From Octopus vulgaris (taxonomy: Eukaryota), in the NCBI GenBank assembly GCA_951406725.2, contig OX597815.1, positions 86,552,001 through 86,616,000 on the forward strand: a stretch of 64,000 nucleotides of DNA, in the 5' to 3' direction. Position 1 is the stretch's first letter, and every line of letters starts with the position of its first letter. The notes beneath the pieces are model-generated. The model was not told where the DNA came from. It searched no databases and saw nothing but the letters and a program-made list of their open reading frames with translations. Of this stretch, positions 38,623 through 53,071 are shown in pieces. A program made the translations under genes and the position numbers.

Positions 38623-40789
38623 CACACATATATATGTATATATATATATATATATTGTATATATATTTATATATATATGCATATACAAGCATACATATAT
38701 ATGTGTGTGTATGTTTGTATGGATGCATGTATGTATTATGTATGCTTTCACATATCGACACGCATACATACACACACAATCAGCAACAACAACAATATAC
38801 TTATAACAATTGTTTTCAAGATTCTGATTATATCTTTCGAGCCTTTCAAAGTTATAACTAATAAGAATAACTCAACTTTCAGGCAAAAAATATTGATGAA
38901 ACAAACCGTTGTACCTCAGTGTATGTAAGTTCTTCTTTTCTTTGTTGTTTTATTTTTAGCTAGCTATATTAATTTCAGACACTCTAAATGATATAAATAT
39001 TTTATCTATATCATATACAGAACCGTATTGATTAATACATCAAGTCTATCAACAAGAGGAGAAAAAATGGCTACTTTATAAATGATTAAAACGAAAACAT
39101 TTATTTTGTTTTATTCAATACTAGTATACAACTCAGTTACGATTCCAGTACTATTTTTATAGGCAATAATTTTATCTACCTGTCTAGATAATAAGTATTT
39201 ACAACTATCTAACTGTTATAATCTAAAACTTTTACTAGTAGCATCCACACAGTCTACAACTACTGACTATTTAAGCAACAGAAAAAAGCATATAATTAAT
39301 TCTAACTTAGGTGCAGCCAGATATTTTGACATGGGTGTTGCTTTCCCCACAGACTAAACTATTAAGAAAAAAGCTTTCTTTGTTACGTAGCTTTGTGCCA
39401 TCTTTGGTTGAGCTGTCTTAGGTTCAAAGGCTTTCCAGCTGTAATCATTTTCTTTATTTAAACTTAATATACCAATTACTAAATATTGAAGATGTGGCTT
39501 TAAGGTTTAATCGGCTACTATTTGTAGCACACCGAACCAGCACATACAGGCTTTTTTGCTGGCGGTGTTATAACTCTTTATTATTTACATGTTGATTTCC
39601 TTAAACTTCGGGAAGTATACGATTTATTTAATTATTTTAGATATATTATTTGTATTATAGTGGTTATTTTCCCCACGTCTCAATTTAAAGTACTTATCTA
39701 TGATTAAAGTCTATTTATATCTACGTCAGTATCCGATCCTTAAAAATATGTTGTTTGTGGTCTACTGTTGTGAATTAGAATCCCACCAGTATTGCTTTTA
39801 CGTTTCATCAATCTGTAAATAAACGTCAATTATACATACGCACACACACACAAACACATATACATACATACATATATATATATATATGTGTGTGTGTATG
39901 TGTGTGCGCGCGCGCGTGTGTGTGTGTGTGTGTGTGTGTGCAAAGAGAGAGAGAGAAAGAAGGAGTGAAAGTTGGATGAGAGAGATCCTCTTGACGCAAA
40001 TACAAATAGATTCTGATATAAATATCAGATTATGTAATGGGGAATGAGCGTCGCATTAAAAATGGAGATTATATTAATTCCTAAATTTGTGTAAAGATGC
40101 AAAAGACACTCGTATAGAAAAAAGACTGCGGGAGTAATATGGAAGCTAATTATAAGTATGTTTACTCCAGACTCAGTACACTTTGTTTCTGTCGCGTGGG
40201 TTAAATTCTAACTGTTCGAGACTCAAACGAAGGACAATATACTTATGTAATTTCTTCAATAAGAGAGCCAGAGGAACAGAGAGACAGAAAGGGGAAGAAG
40301 GGAGAAAGAAGGGGAGAGAGAACGACAAAGAGAGAGATAGAATAAACTCTGATTCTTTATATAAGTCATGAGAATCACTAGAAATCGTTACACATTAAAA
40401 AGGAAAGATTTAAATTGATATTTTTAAAAAGTTGTAAAAGTGCTCTGTGGTGTTTTTTTCTCCCCATTTGAAATATTCTATTCATTTGTTCTTCCATATT
40501 GATTTTGTTACTCCATTTCAATGTTTGATAAGACATTCGTGCAAATGTCTGTTTGGCGAGCTTCTTATAGTTTGTTGTATTTTGTAATTAAGCGATTGTA
40601 GACTTGATGACTATAAATGTAATTAAAATTTGTCACATTCTCGATAGGGAAAGTATAGTGCTTTGTTTTAAATTGATGATAAATTTTGTAGCTCCCGGAA
40701 AATTCAACTGAATGTGAAAGAGAGAAAAATCAGATATACCATAAAACATTATGCGTTTAATTAACAAATCAACAAAGAGCTTGATTTGT

Positions 40790-41130
40790 CTGAATTGAGA
40801 AAGAAATCTGAACGGGGCAGTTGAACTTAGAAATAAAAGAAAACCGCCAGCAACAGGAAGAAAACGATCGCTTCCTTACTGAAGAACGTCGATATAAATT
40901 GCTCATATATTGTCTCCAGCCACGCTCATGACCTAATTTGGATTTCAAAGAGATTTGCACGAAAGACTTTGTTACGGAAAAAAGAGCAACGGTATCAGAA
41001 ACCAATAGATTGAAGTTGTAAAATATAAGCAAGTAAGAAACGGCTAATTTCTCCAGCGAAGCAAGAGAATTCTCCTTCCATGTAGCCACCGAGAATCTGT
41101 GAGAAGTTCAAAGGAAAATGCCGGGAAGGT
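40790..41130 (+). pseudogene. Possible decayed Gypsy gag remnant
   Basis: RYKLLIYCLQPRS*PNLDFKEICTKDFVTEKRATVSE... resembles a retrotransposon gag segment; many stops. Confidence 0.35.
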
Positions 41131-41290
41131 TACCTACAACGGAGATGAAGATTTGTATATTGAGGTTTTATGATGAGGGAATTTTGTTATTGTTTTTGTT
41201 GTTCTTGTTACGATGGAAGGATTTGTGATATTTGGTGTTGTTGTTATGGTAGTTGTTGTGTTATTTATTGCTGTTGAAGGTTGCTGTTGT

Positions 41291-41328
<38 letters not shown>

Positions 41329-41599
41329 CAGTTTATTTCCAGTTCTGCACCGATGAACAAATAATTATCATACTATAGTCTATTTATCTATCGGGTGGAG
41401 AGAAGCTAGATCTACATTATGTCTGTTCTTTCTCTAAATCGGGAGGGTATCGTAGGACTGAGATTAGACTGCTATTTCTCCTTAGTAGTGGCATAATTGC
41501 AGGCTGCTTCACTAACTAATGTGTTAAATCAGACATTTGTTGTAATGCATGTTTCACTGTAGAACACTACAGCGAAGATATGTGTCCTTTACACAAACG

Positions 41600-41739
41600 C
41601 TAAATCATTACTTTATATATACTTTATTATTTTATATATACTTTATATTTTATATATACTTTATTTTATATATACTTTATTATTTTATATATACTTACTT
41701 TATATTTTATATATACTTTATTATTTTATATATACTTTA
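41600..41739. repeat. AT-rich minisatellite, 18-19 bp unit tacttta(t)tattttatata
   Basis: About seven tandem copies read directly. Confidence 0.9.
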
Positions 41740-42464
41740 GAATACGGGGAAACCTCTTCGTCTTATGTCGACTGAAGTTCGCAAGTTGTACGGACGCTCT
41801 GGTAGTACTGATCTCACCAGCAGTGTTGAATAGCATTGATTCCCTGCTGAATTCTCTGCTTCCTTTTTGCTAAACTGTACCATGCTTATCATTTTATATT
41901 TCATTTTTTTTCATTTTTATTATCTACAGTTATCGCATCGATGTAAAGCTGTAACCACTCCAACCATGAGCAGCTATCCTACTTTACAACTTGTTCATCA
42001 CTCTCACCTTTATGCTTCGGTCATATCCAAAGATGAAACATTCCCTGCGCTTTCGGCCCAACACACACTTCGTATAGCTCGTGAATCACTGCTCTTCTTA
42101 CAAAATACAATGCCTGCCTATTAATGCGATTGCAGATTCAGAAAAAAATCGGTCAGAATATTTATTCGAAACGATAAAAGTGACATTCGACTTAACCTGG
42201 ATGGTCTCAAAACAGATATCTATTTCAAACGTCCAGTTACGTACAAGAACGTTTATAAGAAATCATTATATCGAGAGTTCTACGATAATGGAAACATATC
42301 GGGCAACATTAGAGAGAAAGCTTATTGATTATAAACTAGAAGATATACATGCCAGGGAATCATCTCCGCAATAACAGAATATGTTTTCTTTCAACACAAA
42401 TATGCATTATTTTGAAGTATCAAAGATACATGCATTGAGTTTAATCCCATTCGGAAATGCTTTA

Positions 42465-42680
42465 TCTTTTATATTTTACTTGCTTGGCCATTACACTACG
42501 ATCATGCTGGGGCACCGCCCTGAAAAGTTTTTCAGTCGAAGGAATCGAGCCTATTACTTATTTTTCTTCAAAGCCTGGTACTTATACTGCCGATTTCTTT
42601 TTGCTGAACGGCTAGTTCAAGGGAACTTAAACAAACCTGCGTTATCTAGCAGGGCGGGGCAAGCACAGGTACAGAGGCAT
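42465..42680 (-). mobile_element. SINE (third family)
   Basis: catgctggggcaccgccc...tttcagtcgaaggaatcga...aaagcctggtacttat...tttgctgaacggctag; fragment homologous to 11800-11858. Confidence 0.65.
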
Positions 42681-42742
42681 ATACAAATACATAAACACAT
42701 ATATAGTGCATTCATATATATATAAATATATATATATGTGTG

Positions 42743-42795
<53 letters not shown>

Positions 42796-42931
42796 GTATA
42801 TGTATATATATATCATTGTGTTCGACGTTTTTTTTGTGTCCTGTACCCATATATGCATGTATATATACATGTAGAGGTAGGTACGTACATATATGTATGT
42901 ATATATGCATATGTTTTATTTATTAATTTAT

Positions 42932-43041
<110 letters not shown>

Positions 43042-45237
43042 CATATATACAAACATATGTGGATTATATGTGGATGCATGCATGCAACAATGCATATAGT
43101 GGTATTCTTAGAATCTTTCACCTTATAATCTATTTTTATTCCAACGCATTGCAAAGTGGCAGAAATGTTTCCTGTTTCAGTGCCATGGCTATAAAAGCGC
43201 TGAGAATAGTCACAATCTATTACAAGGATGATGTGCTAGACGGCGAGTTAGATTTTATGCCAAATCCTTGGTCGTGATTATAGAGATGGCAGAAGCGGAG
43301 GAATTAAGAGCAAGGGGAAAACGGTTTGGTATAGATGAGGAGGCAGGAGGTGAGAAAAATTAGCGAAAGACATAAAAGCAGTAAGTTCTTGCAGTCAGTA
43401 ATGTAACAGCCGTAAAACTTGGTGGGGACAGTGAAATGTGTGATCTGCGATTCAACACAACCAATGCAAAAGTATGAATAGATGAAACTCTGATATACAC
43501 GTGTGTGTGCGTGCGTGTGAGTGTGTGTCAGTGTGTCTGAATCTGTATGCGCGTGTGTGTGTGTATTTCTGCGTGAGTGTGTGTGTATGCGTGCGTGTAA
43601 GCAATTATTGGCCAGAAGTATATAAAATAAGACAGTTGAAAATGTTGTTTTGATAAGGCTGCCGTAAATTAACTGCATTTGATTTACGCTAATTATCAGT
43701 TAGAGGATAACTTTCGGTATTGTTTCGTTCTCGGTTCCATGAGAAAATTGTATAAATGTACAGCTACCCTGCATTAATTTTTTACACTGATAAATATCTG
43801 GAAATCATGGATTTTTGTAATTTTTCTCAGCAATAATGTTAATAGGAATTCCCTTATGTCACAGTAAGTATCTAATTGGGTAAGTTGAAAGTTAATCACA
43901 ATGCAATAGCAGAATCCAGTTTAAGTTAACGATGGAGTCAATTTATTTTTACTTGCGCCATTAATAATATATCTGAAAGCGACAAGTCATATCTCATTCT
44001 TCCAATTTCCACCAAATTGATCATTACGTTTTATGTGAAAGACAGCAATGTGCTTTATGGTTGTTGTTACGAATAGTGATAGCAGTAAGCTGAACTGAAT
44101 GCCTTATCGGTCTATTTTGATATCTCACAAATATAATCTTCCTTAGACTTCGCCCTTCAATGATAAATGAAACAAGCAAAGCCTATATTCTGTTAAGAAT
44201 TCAAACGAATTTGCGTACTCACCTTACAACATTCTTTTCTTTCGATGAAAGAAAGTTTAACAATTATGTGGAAAATATGTTGAAGTTCATATGCTGAGAT
44301 TTAACAGGGATAGCAGAACAATGAATTTAATATTTAGTTTATCTTTTCCTTTGACACGAGATGTACTCCTAGCAAGTACGATATACTCGTACATTTCCTC
44401 TAGACTGATGCAATAAAAGAATCGTATCATGGGATTTTCATCTTCCGGATTGGAGTGGGGTCAGTTTTAAGTATTAAGATTGATTCGATTGATTTTAGAA
44501 ATTATCATCCTCTCTTATGAGATTTAGGTATGGTATTCATTATTTTGTACGAATATGCTATTGACATATTCAAATTTGTATTTACACATTTTAATTCTTA
44601 GGTGAATAATTCCGAAGAGAGGTTAAGATTTTAGTGCAAACAAATTGTTTATATAGTTGCCACAGTGATTTATTAAATATTGTCGAAAGAGGTCGTTTCA
44701 AGCTACAACTATAGTAACGAGTATTATGAGTTCAAGTCTGACCTACATAAATGCATATTTGAAGGATTAGAAGAACGGCAGACTGAAAAGATCGGATATT
44801 AACCATGCCAAACACAGCTTTGAAAACATTAAAATTTCAGTTATTAAAAAAATATTAATGAGCCATATTGTTTTTTTTTTTAAAAAAGAAAAGATTTTCA
44901 CTGCCTGATAATGGGCTTCTTGAAAATTGGCCCGTGAGAAGCTGCTACTTTTTTACGTTATCTTCTAAATGTGGATTTTCTTTTGTTCACAACCTTTATC
45001 ATAAACCCCCTTTCTTCTAGTAAATTTTGTATAATGGTACACCTGTTAGCAACAGGATAATAAGAAAAAAGAGAAATGGATACCATGATACTTGTGTTTA
45101 TTTTATATTTGAACAAAGCACGTTACGTAAAAAATAAAATAAAAACAGAATCATGTTTCGCGGAATTTTTTCAGTCAGACAATGGCAGTACTCAGTTCAT
45201 ATGCATAATATACATCTATCTGAATGTTTATTATGGG

Positions 45238-45447
45238 AAGGCACGCTGGCACAATCGTTAGCACACCGCCAAAATGTCTTGCGGCACCTCGTCCGACTTT
45301 ATGTTCTGAGTTCAAGTACCACCGGGGTTGACTTTGCTTTTCATCCATTCGGGGTTGAGGAAATAAGTACCAGTTGAGCCCTGAAGTTAATCGACTTACT
45401 CCCTCTGCGAAATTATTGGCCATGTGCCAAAATTTGAAACCAATATT
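45238..45447 (+). mobile_element. tRNA-derived SINE
   Basis: gctggcacaatcgttagcac...gttctgagttcaag...gttgactttgcttttcatccattcgggg...gtgccaaaatttgaaacc. Confidence 0.85.
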
Positions 45448-45607
45448 TGTCGAAGAAAAATAGTTTATCTTGTCGTTTTTTCCAATGGTTATGCTGAATC
45501 TACTTCGTCAGAAAACTTGAAATATTTTAGTACTCAAGTTAAAAATACTGATAACAACATCATTTACTGCAACGTGAAAGTTATTGTTTTAATAAAATAT
45601 TTATATA

Positions 45608-45930
45608 ACTGGCACACCGTCGGCTTCGACGATGAGGGTTGCTGTTGATCCGATCAACGGAACAGCTTGCTCGTGAAATTAACGAGCAAATAACTGAGTA
45701 CTCCACAGACACGTGTATCCTTTTACGTAGATTTAGGGAGATTCAGCGTGACACCAAGTGTGACAAGGCTGGCCCTTTGAAATACAAGTACTACTCAATT
45801 TCGCCAGTTAAATGGAATGGAACAACATGAATTAAAGTGTCTTGCTCAAGGACACGACGCGCCGCTGGGAATTGAACTCACAACTTACGATCGTGAGCCA
45901 AATACCCTAACCACTAAGCTATGTGCCTCC
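45608..45930 (-). mobile_element. Ceph-type SINE (tRNA head, central domain, RTE-like tail)
   Basis: Minus-strand head gcttagtggttagggtatttggctcacgatcgtaagttgtgagttcaattccc; body gatccgatcaacggaacagc..gctcgtgaaattaacg; family name from memory. Confidence 0.75.
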
Positions 45931-46539
45931 ATAATAAAACATAGTTGCACGCAAAACCCGCATAACTTAGCTGTTTATCCGTTCGGGGCTCTTAACAATA
46001 AAATATCAGGGTAGTACACTGGAGTAGAAGTAATCGAATAACTCGTCTCCTCTAAATACTGAGCCTAGAATGGAAATAATTGTTACGAGATGCAATACTG
46101 GGCTTGTTTCGACTTTGTGATTTCTACACAGGATGTGTATATACGTTTATTGACTTTTGCAGTTTTGTAGAACGATTTCAAGGTGATATTCAGATATTTA
46201 GATAAAGCAATCTTCAACAGACTTTCACTGAGGCTGATAAAGCAATATGAGATAGAGGCGTTTCACATAATATATGGGATCATATATGTCTTAACTGTTG
46301 TTATAAAGGAAATAGCAAGAATTTCCGTCTGTGACAATGACTGGATATAAAAAAATCTATTTTGATTTATTCATTTGCGATTGAAATAATGACTGTTAGC
46401 ATAATTATTAAATGGGATTTTCCAATAAGCCATTATTTTGCGCCATATCAACGGTTACTGAATAATGTGACCATTGAGAACGTGTCATGTATTGTCACTG
46501 AGCTCACTCATGTTATTTCTACGGCTGGGGTTCTTGAAA

Positions 46540-46606
<67 letters not shown>

Positions 46607-48079
46607 AACAAACTTGAAAGTTTTGCCAATCTTCGTAGTGGCCTAAGACACAATACTGTCACTCAGACATTGATTACACAAAAACACGATTCACGATTTT
46701 TGGCAGGTGAGCTACCAAGTTGGTGTTCTGCTGGATATTACTGTTATGTATTAAAATTAGGCTTCTATTCTGTGGAGTTATTGAATTACTGACTTTTATG
46801 TTATTCCTCTTAAATAATTTAATATGTACAATTTCTTATCTATATGATGGTCATTTTTGATTAGACAGAGGAATTGTTTCGTTATGCTAGTGATAATGTC
46901 GTTGTCAAACATGGTGTGTCTCTCCCTGGTGTAGATTTTTTTTTATTGTTTAGTAAGCGAGCCTCATCTGTTTGTGTTTCTGATTCTTCTGCAATGAGTA
47001 CAAGTTAGCACTCGCTATCTCCTCTATAGGGTGTCGACTTGTTGGAAAGGCTGTACACACATCTAAAGGACACCGAAGATTACCCCTTAATAAAATGAAA
47101 AACGATAAGGATATCTCTTGTAAGTTAATACATTTAATCTTTTCAGCAATATTAACAGATTACAGACTTTAACTACTCTCTTTGTATAATATATACCAAT
47201 AGAATATTTAAATATATAAAATAGTTGATCTCTAAACTTTCTCACACAGATTTTATGGCATAATATTTTTTTGTTTATTGAGCATGCAAAACCTTTCGGC
47301 AAGTTTATTTCAAGATATCAGCGTTTCTGAAAGCAAGTGATTGGGCCCTGTAATATCACAATTTCAAATGGCATTTATAATATAATGATGGTTAGTATAC
47401 ATATTGTATTCTGTAAAACAAAGCAAAACACATCAAATGGGTTAAAATAAAATAAAATAAAATAATCACTAATCATAAACTTTTCACAAGTTTGAAATGT
47501 ATATTGTTAGAATACATACAACGTCTTTCAGGAATTAATATTTAATTTGTAATAGAAAAATTCTCTTCGTTCGAATTTGGCATAGTATTCATACTATAAA
47601 TCAAACACGTTTTCAAGAAGCTGCACAAATCCTTTTCATTTTTCAAATTCTTTGAAATCACAACGTTCTTGCCTAATAAAAAAAAGGTTTCTTTTTAATT
47701 ACTACGAGTTTTGTCTCCATTCTGAAATCTTTCATATTGTTTATGGATAATCATATTTACATGACATGCAACGTAAGGAAGGAACTGTCCATTGAAAATA
47801 ACGCTATGCTCATCACATTCAGAGACCGACACACGCAGATTACATTAGTCACCCTCTTCACTCTCACACTTTTCTCACCTTTTTACTTTCTCTCCTTCTC
47901 TCTATTCGTTTTACTCGTATTACTCGCTTCCATGACTTACTTGACCCTTACGTCAACACTCCTTTCTTTTCATTGAAATGTCGTCTTTCTATAACTCACA
48001 TATATTGTGCAAGAGTACTTCTGTGCGAGAAAGTTTATATGTATACAGTTATATATCTGTGTGCGTATATGTATACTGT

Positions 48080-48097
48080 AGATAGACAGACAGACAA

Positions 48098-48195
<98 letters not shown>
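48080..48195. repeat. (GATA)n microsatellite
   Basis: Direct reading. Confidence 0.95.
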
Positions 48196-49429
48196 TTATA
48201 TTGAAGAGGCAACATAAGAAGGTATGGATACTAAGTTACGTAAACATATCCACACAAATGTATACACAATGAATAATGAAGAGTATATTATATTCGTTCT
48301 TTAAAGAGAAGAATCCTCGACAAATCAGTTTCAACGTACAATTTGATATTATTAGATGAATGATAAAAAGAAAAATAAGACGATGATGATTGTTATCATC
48401 AGCAAGAATAAGATAAAAAAACAACATGATCACATTAGTAAGAATGAAGACAAAAGAAAAGAGAAGATTGAGAAGGAGGACTGGAAGAAAAAAGCATGAA
48501 TAGAAACAAGGACAACAAATGCAGGGACAAGAAGCAGCAAATAAAAGAAAAAAATGGTTGAAAATAACAAGAAGAACCACAAGAGTAACAATAATAAACA
48601 AAAAAAAAATACCAGGGAATAGTGAGCGCTGCTATTGCCGATAATGAGGATGATGAAACGGAGAAATGAAAGAAAAGAAGATTGGAGAAAAATATCATTA
48701 AAAATAACACAAACGCTGAAAGATGGAGAAGTACAAGAATGAGAAATATAAGAACGAATCGAACAAAACAGGAGGTGGCATGTAAAAGAATACAAGAAAA
48801 AAAGAATAGAAGGAAGAGTTTGAGGAATTGGAAGAAGGTTGAAATAGAAAGAGGTGTGTAAAATATGAAAACAAGACGACGAATGAATAGCAGAAAACGA
48901 ATGAATGGAGAGTGAATGGGTAAACTAAATGAAAATCATTCCTCATAAAAATATAACAGAATGCAGTGAGTGGGGAAAAGTGCATTTGAGGAAATTAAGA
49001 TAAAAAATGTATGCAGTGGATTTATTTAAAACATTTAAAATATTGATTTCTGTTATTAGCGAAATACCGTGTACTTTGCAGGAGTTTTGGAAGTTGATTT
49101 AATATTTCTTGTTATATGACTGGTATGCATTTTACCGATTCATTCTCCTGCCGAAAGAAATATTAGCTAAGCCTACTTGGGGATTAAATGCTGAACAATT
49201 ATCGCATGGGCACTTGCTTGATAGGTATTTTTATAAATCTTGGAAAACCTGAAGGTGTGGTCGACCTCTGATAAGTCGAGTCCGATGAAATTAGAAAGCA
49301 GAAGTACAGAACGAAATACCACGAAAGAATTTTACTTTTTAAATATACATTTCTAACTTTACAACAAAGTTATAAATGTTTTGGTGGTTAATTGGATGCC
49401 AATCAGTCGAATTAACTTTCTTCAGGTGC

Positions 49430-49830
49430 GATTTGTGATAATCCAAGATGTGGAGGAAGGTAACCAAAAACATAGCGTTAGAACCATTGTTAAAGTAGGT
49501 CACAATAACTTGGTCCCAAATATATTGGATGAACAATGTGGTGGACAAAACGGAACCTTGAGGCATCCTAGAGTGTACAGAAGGTAGAATCAGTGAGCAA
49601 TCTATCAGTGCAAACCGGTAAAATACAATCAAATACTAAGCCACGAGTCAAAAGAAGAGGGACGGATGTAGCTCTTCGATGAAAGTTTTTTTCATAAAGG
49701 CGTTTGACAGGATCAAAAGTCTTGAGGCCAACAACAATTCTTCAATAAAATTTTTCAATGGTCTGCTGGTGAATGATATTAGAGACTAGGCTTCCAATCT
49801 ATTCAGTTTTACGAAAACCATATTTGTTTT
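49430..49830 (-). pseudogene. Decayed CR1/L2-like LINE RT remnant
   Basis: Minus-strand SRMPQGSVLSTTLFIQYI (SGVPQGSVL motif) preceded by a KTFDPV (KAFD-like) segment. Confidence 0.55.
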
Positions 49831-52459
49831 GCTGTGGTCATTAAATTGAGACTGACATTGAAGGTGTTGGAGAAGTTAAACTCAGTGTTTGACTAGTATG
49901 TATTTCATTATTCATGGACGAATGAATGTCAACGTCGGCTGCAGAAATGGCGTAGTTAAATACCTCTGAGAATTTAAAACATTTTTTGTGTATTCATCCA
50001 CTTCTTTGCATTAAAAATAATTGTAGTCGTTGTACACGTAGCGATTTCTTTGGGAAGCATAAATGAAGTTTTAAAAATATCTAATTTTTGCATTTAAAAA
50101 AACATTATTCTTTTCTGGATTTTATTATTTTGTCACAATAATATTTTCTCTCCCATTTCTTTCAGATGCATTTTTCAGAAGCAGCAGTTGAAAAAAGGAA
50201 ACAGAGAATGATTGAACATAAAAAAAATGCAAAAAGATAGGAAAAGCAAGAGCTAGAAATGTAGAAATTGAAGGTTAAGACGAAGAAAATGAGATACAAT
50301 GTGGGAGGGAAGAAATGAATGATAGAATATCCCAATGACATTATAAAAGCTGGTCTTCCGATGTACTCAGTTGCAAATAATAAAGCAAAATTGAATGAAA
50401 TACACTATTTCAAAAATAATTGAATCATTATTTAAGACCTTAATGTAAAATAATTGATTCATTATTTAAGACCTTAATATAAAAATATTCAATATGGTCA
50501 TATTAATGTGGGATTTACAATGCTTAGTTTTATGGAATTCTTCAAGTGATTTCTTGTCAAATTCTGAATGTCATGAAGATACATTTCATCCGATAGTAGT
50601 CATTTCAGAAGAATTAAATAATAATTATAACGTAAAATGCCATATAGCAAACTATTTGGTTCTGATTTCGAAACCAAAAAAGCCAAATATTGCAAAGTTA
50701 ATTTTAAAAAATGGACAGAAGAAACAGTGCTTATGTTATTAAGAATATTCGTCTTAATAACTTGGGTTGTAAATTAACTTAGGCCGTAAATTAATTTACG
50801 TAAAAATGTAAATTATTTTATAATCCAGTGTCTGCAAGACATCAAACATGATCTCAAATGGTCGGCAATTAGTGGAGCTGTCATCTGCACAATAATGTAC
50901 TCTGTCCATTGCAAATTTATTTAGCAGTCAGTGACCTAGTTGTTGTTTAACCCCAGGTAAGTTTTGCACGAGTAGATCTATGACTAAAAGCATTCTAGTC
51001 ATGACCAACTTGTCATGTTCTTATGTATGGTATATATAGGATTGTATTATCCATAGTGTTCGTTTTATTTTTAACATGTAATATATGAGTTGATAGAGAA
51101 TTCGTAATTATATCTAGAATGTTCAATAACTATGTAGATGGGACATCTGTTGTTTCAGGCAAGTAAATTTTGTTGCAGTTACTGCCTTTGTATAGAATTA
51201 GCTTACTAGCAGTTGTACGGTGATACTAAGACACTGACGGAAATTTCGTTAATCCTTAGCTATAGAATATTGTCATACATAAAACACAGTCATTTATGAA
51301 ATTTCAACGCAAGACAGAAATTAATCCCTCCGACCCACTTCTTCTGGCCGCGAATATATTCTATAGAGACAAAGTGTTTACATTTGTTTACATATGCATT
51401 GTAGGTTATAAATCCATACATATAATATATAGTGAAGTATAAGCATTTTAAGTATCACCTGAAATATCAATAGCTCAACTTTACCTTTTATTTTCTCACT
51501 CCAACTCCAGCATTTACAATTTGCATATGTATATAAGATAATGTTTAATGCACAAATCTCTTCTACTCTGTTGATGTTGAGGCCCAGATAATCTCCAATC
51601 AAGCATACTTTAGACCAAAGACATTTTAACCGTGTCCATCTCGTCCCACATATATATTATATGTGAACTATATTATTTGACATAGTTTTTTTGTTTTAAT
51701 AACGGTAGATCGTAATTTCAGATAGATGTAACTACTAATTCTTGCAGGTAGATCGCCCGAATAGGGCCTCAATCATTGGCTTGTATGAATGTATATATTA
51801 TGAAAGCGTATATGTATGTATGATATCACATTTACTTTAATCCTTTGTATAAGGTATATGCTGGGTTCTAAAAAAGGCACAAAAGCCCAACACTGGAATT
51901 TAGAGAGAGAAAAAAAAACAAATGCCACGTGCTGATTTTCTAGAAATGCTAGGATTGTTTTTTCTTCCACTTCCAGATTTTATATACAAAGTGCTGGAGA
52001 CGTTCTATTTCTGAAAACAGTAGCCTTTCGACATGGTTAATTAAACTCTTTATAATGAAAACAACAGCAATAATTATAGGTTAGAGTAGAAAAACTGTAG
52101 GTTTTGGAGCATCCCATTCTCGCAGTTTTTGGAAAGAAACATTCATATCTGTAGGGCAGCTATGTCTACATCAATTTTGTTTCTGTCACAAACAGCTATA
52201 TCAGGCATTTAGAGAAAAGGTTTTAGTGGCAATGTTCCTTCAATATTGTTATTAAATGTCAATGTACACGAATATTTTCTATGTAAAAGCGTATGTAATA
52301 AATTAATTTTCTTTCTCTTTCTTATTTCCTCTTTTTTCCCCTAAGAAACCAAGCTCTATCGGTGAATAAAAAAAATTAGAAACATCTCGAATATTTGTTG
52401 TTTCACCTATGTCAACATGTATGTCTGTGCGTGTGTGTGTGTGTGTATATATATGCATG

Positions 52460-52511
<52 letters not shown>

Positions 52512-52523
52512 GGGGGGTATGTC

Positions 52524-52554
<31 letters not shown>

Positions 52555-52864
52555 ACAAATACTATTGCGATATCGTTGAAGTTCTCTCTCTTTTCCGTCT
52601 ATGAGAAAGATTCAGTGCGTTGATAAGCTTTCTTCCTATTAAGAAAGAAATCGATTAATTAAGCAATATTTCTTAAATTTTAATATCTATTATGGTAACT
52701 CGCAGTTAAATGTATTCTTTATGCAGAAGAAACTCTTGGGAAAATTTCCAATAATATTATTCTAAATAAGTTGCGGTTGAACACATTAATATAATTGCTG
52801 GTGCTTTATTGTTTTTCATACAGAAGACACGTTTTCATTTTCCAATTATTATTTGAAATTACTC

Positions 52865-53071
52865 AGGCGGGAAGCTGGCAGAATCGTTAACATATCGGTC
52901 ACAATACTTACCGTCATTTCTTACGGTTCTGAGTTCAACTCACACCGAGTTCGACTTTCCCTTCCATTGCTTTCCGGTGTTGCTAAAATAAAGTAGCAGT
53001 CAAGAATTGATGTCGGTCTAATCGACTACCCCTGCCTCCAAATTTCACGTCTTGTGTCTCTTTTAGAATAA
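52865..53071 (+). mobile_element. SINE with 15-bp TSD
   Basis: aggcgggaagctggcagaatcgttaac...gttctgagttcaac; flanks attatttgaaattac (52848-52862) and attattcgaaattac (53072-53086). Confidence 0.85.

Noticed and set aside
41600-41739. Repeat array as CRISPR
   Set aside because: Contiguous AT-rich minisatellite without unique spacers, in eukaryotic DNA with no cas genes.
45140-45185. Minus-strand ctgaaaa...gcGAAAcatg hammerhead-like words
   Set aside because: Stem II, stem I and the UH site are not satisfied.
50413-50485. ~34-bp tandem duplication
   Set aside because: Only two adjacent copies with no spacer; ordinary slippage duplication, not CRISPR-like.
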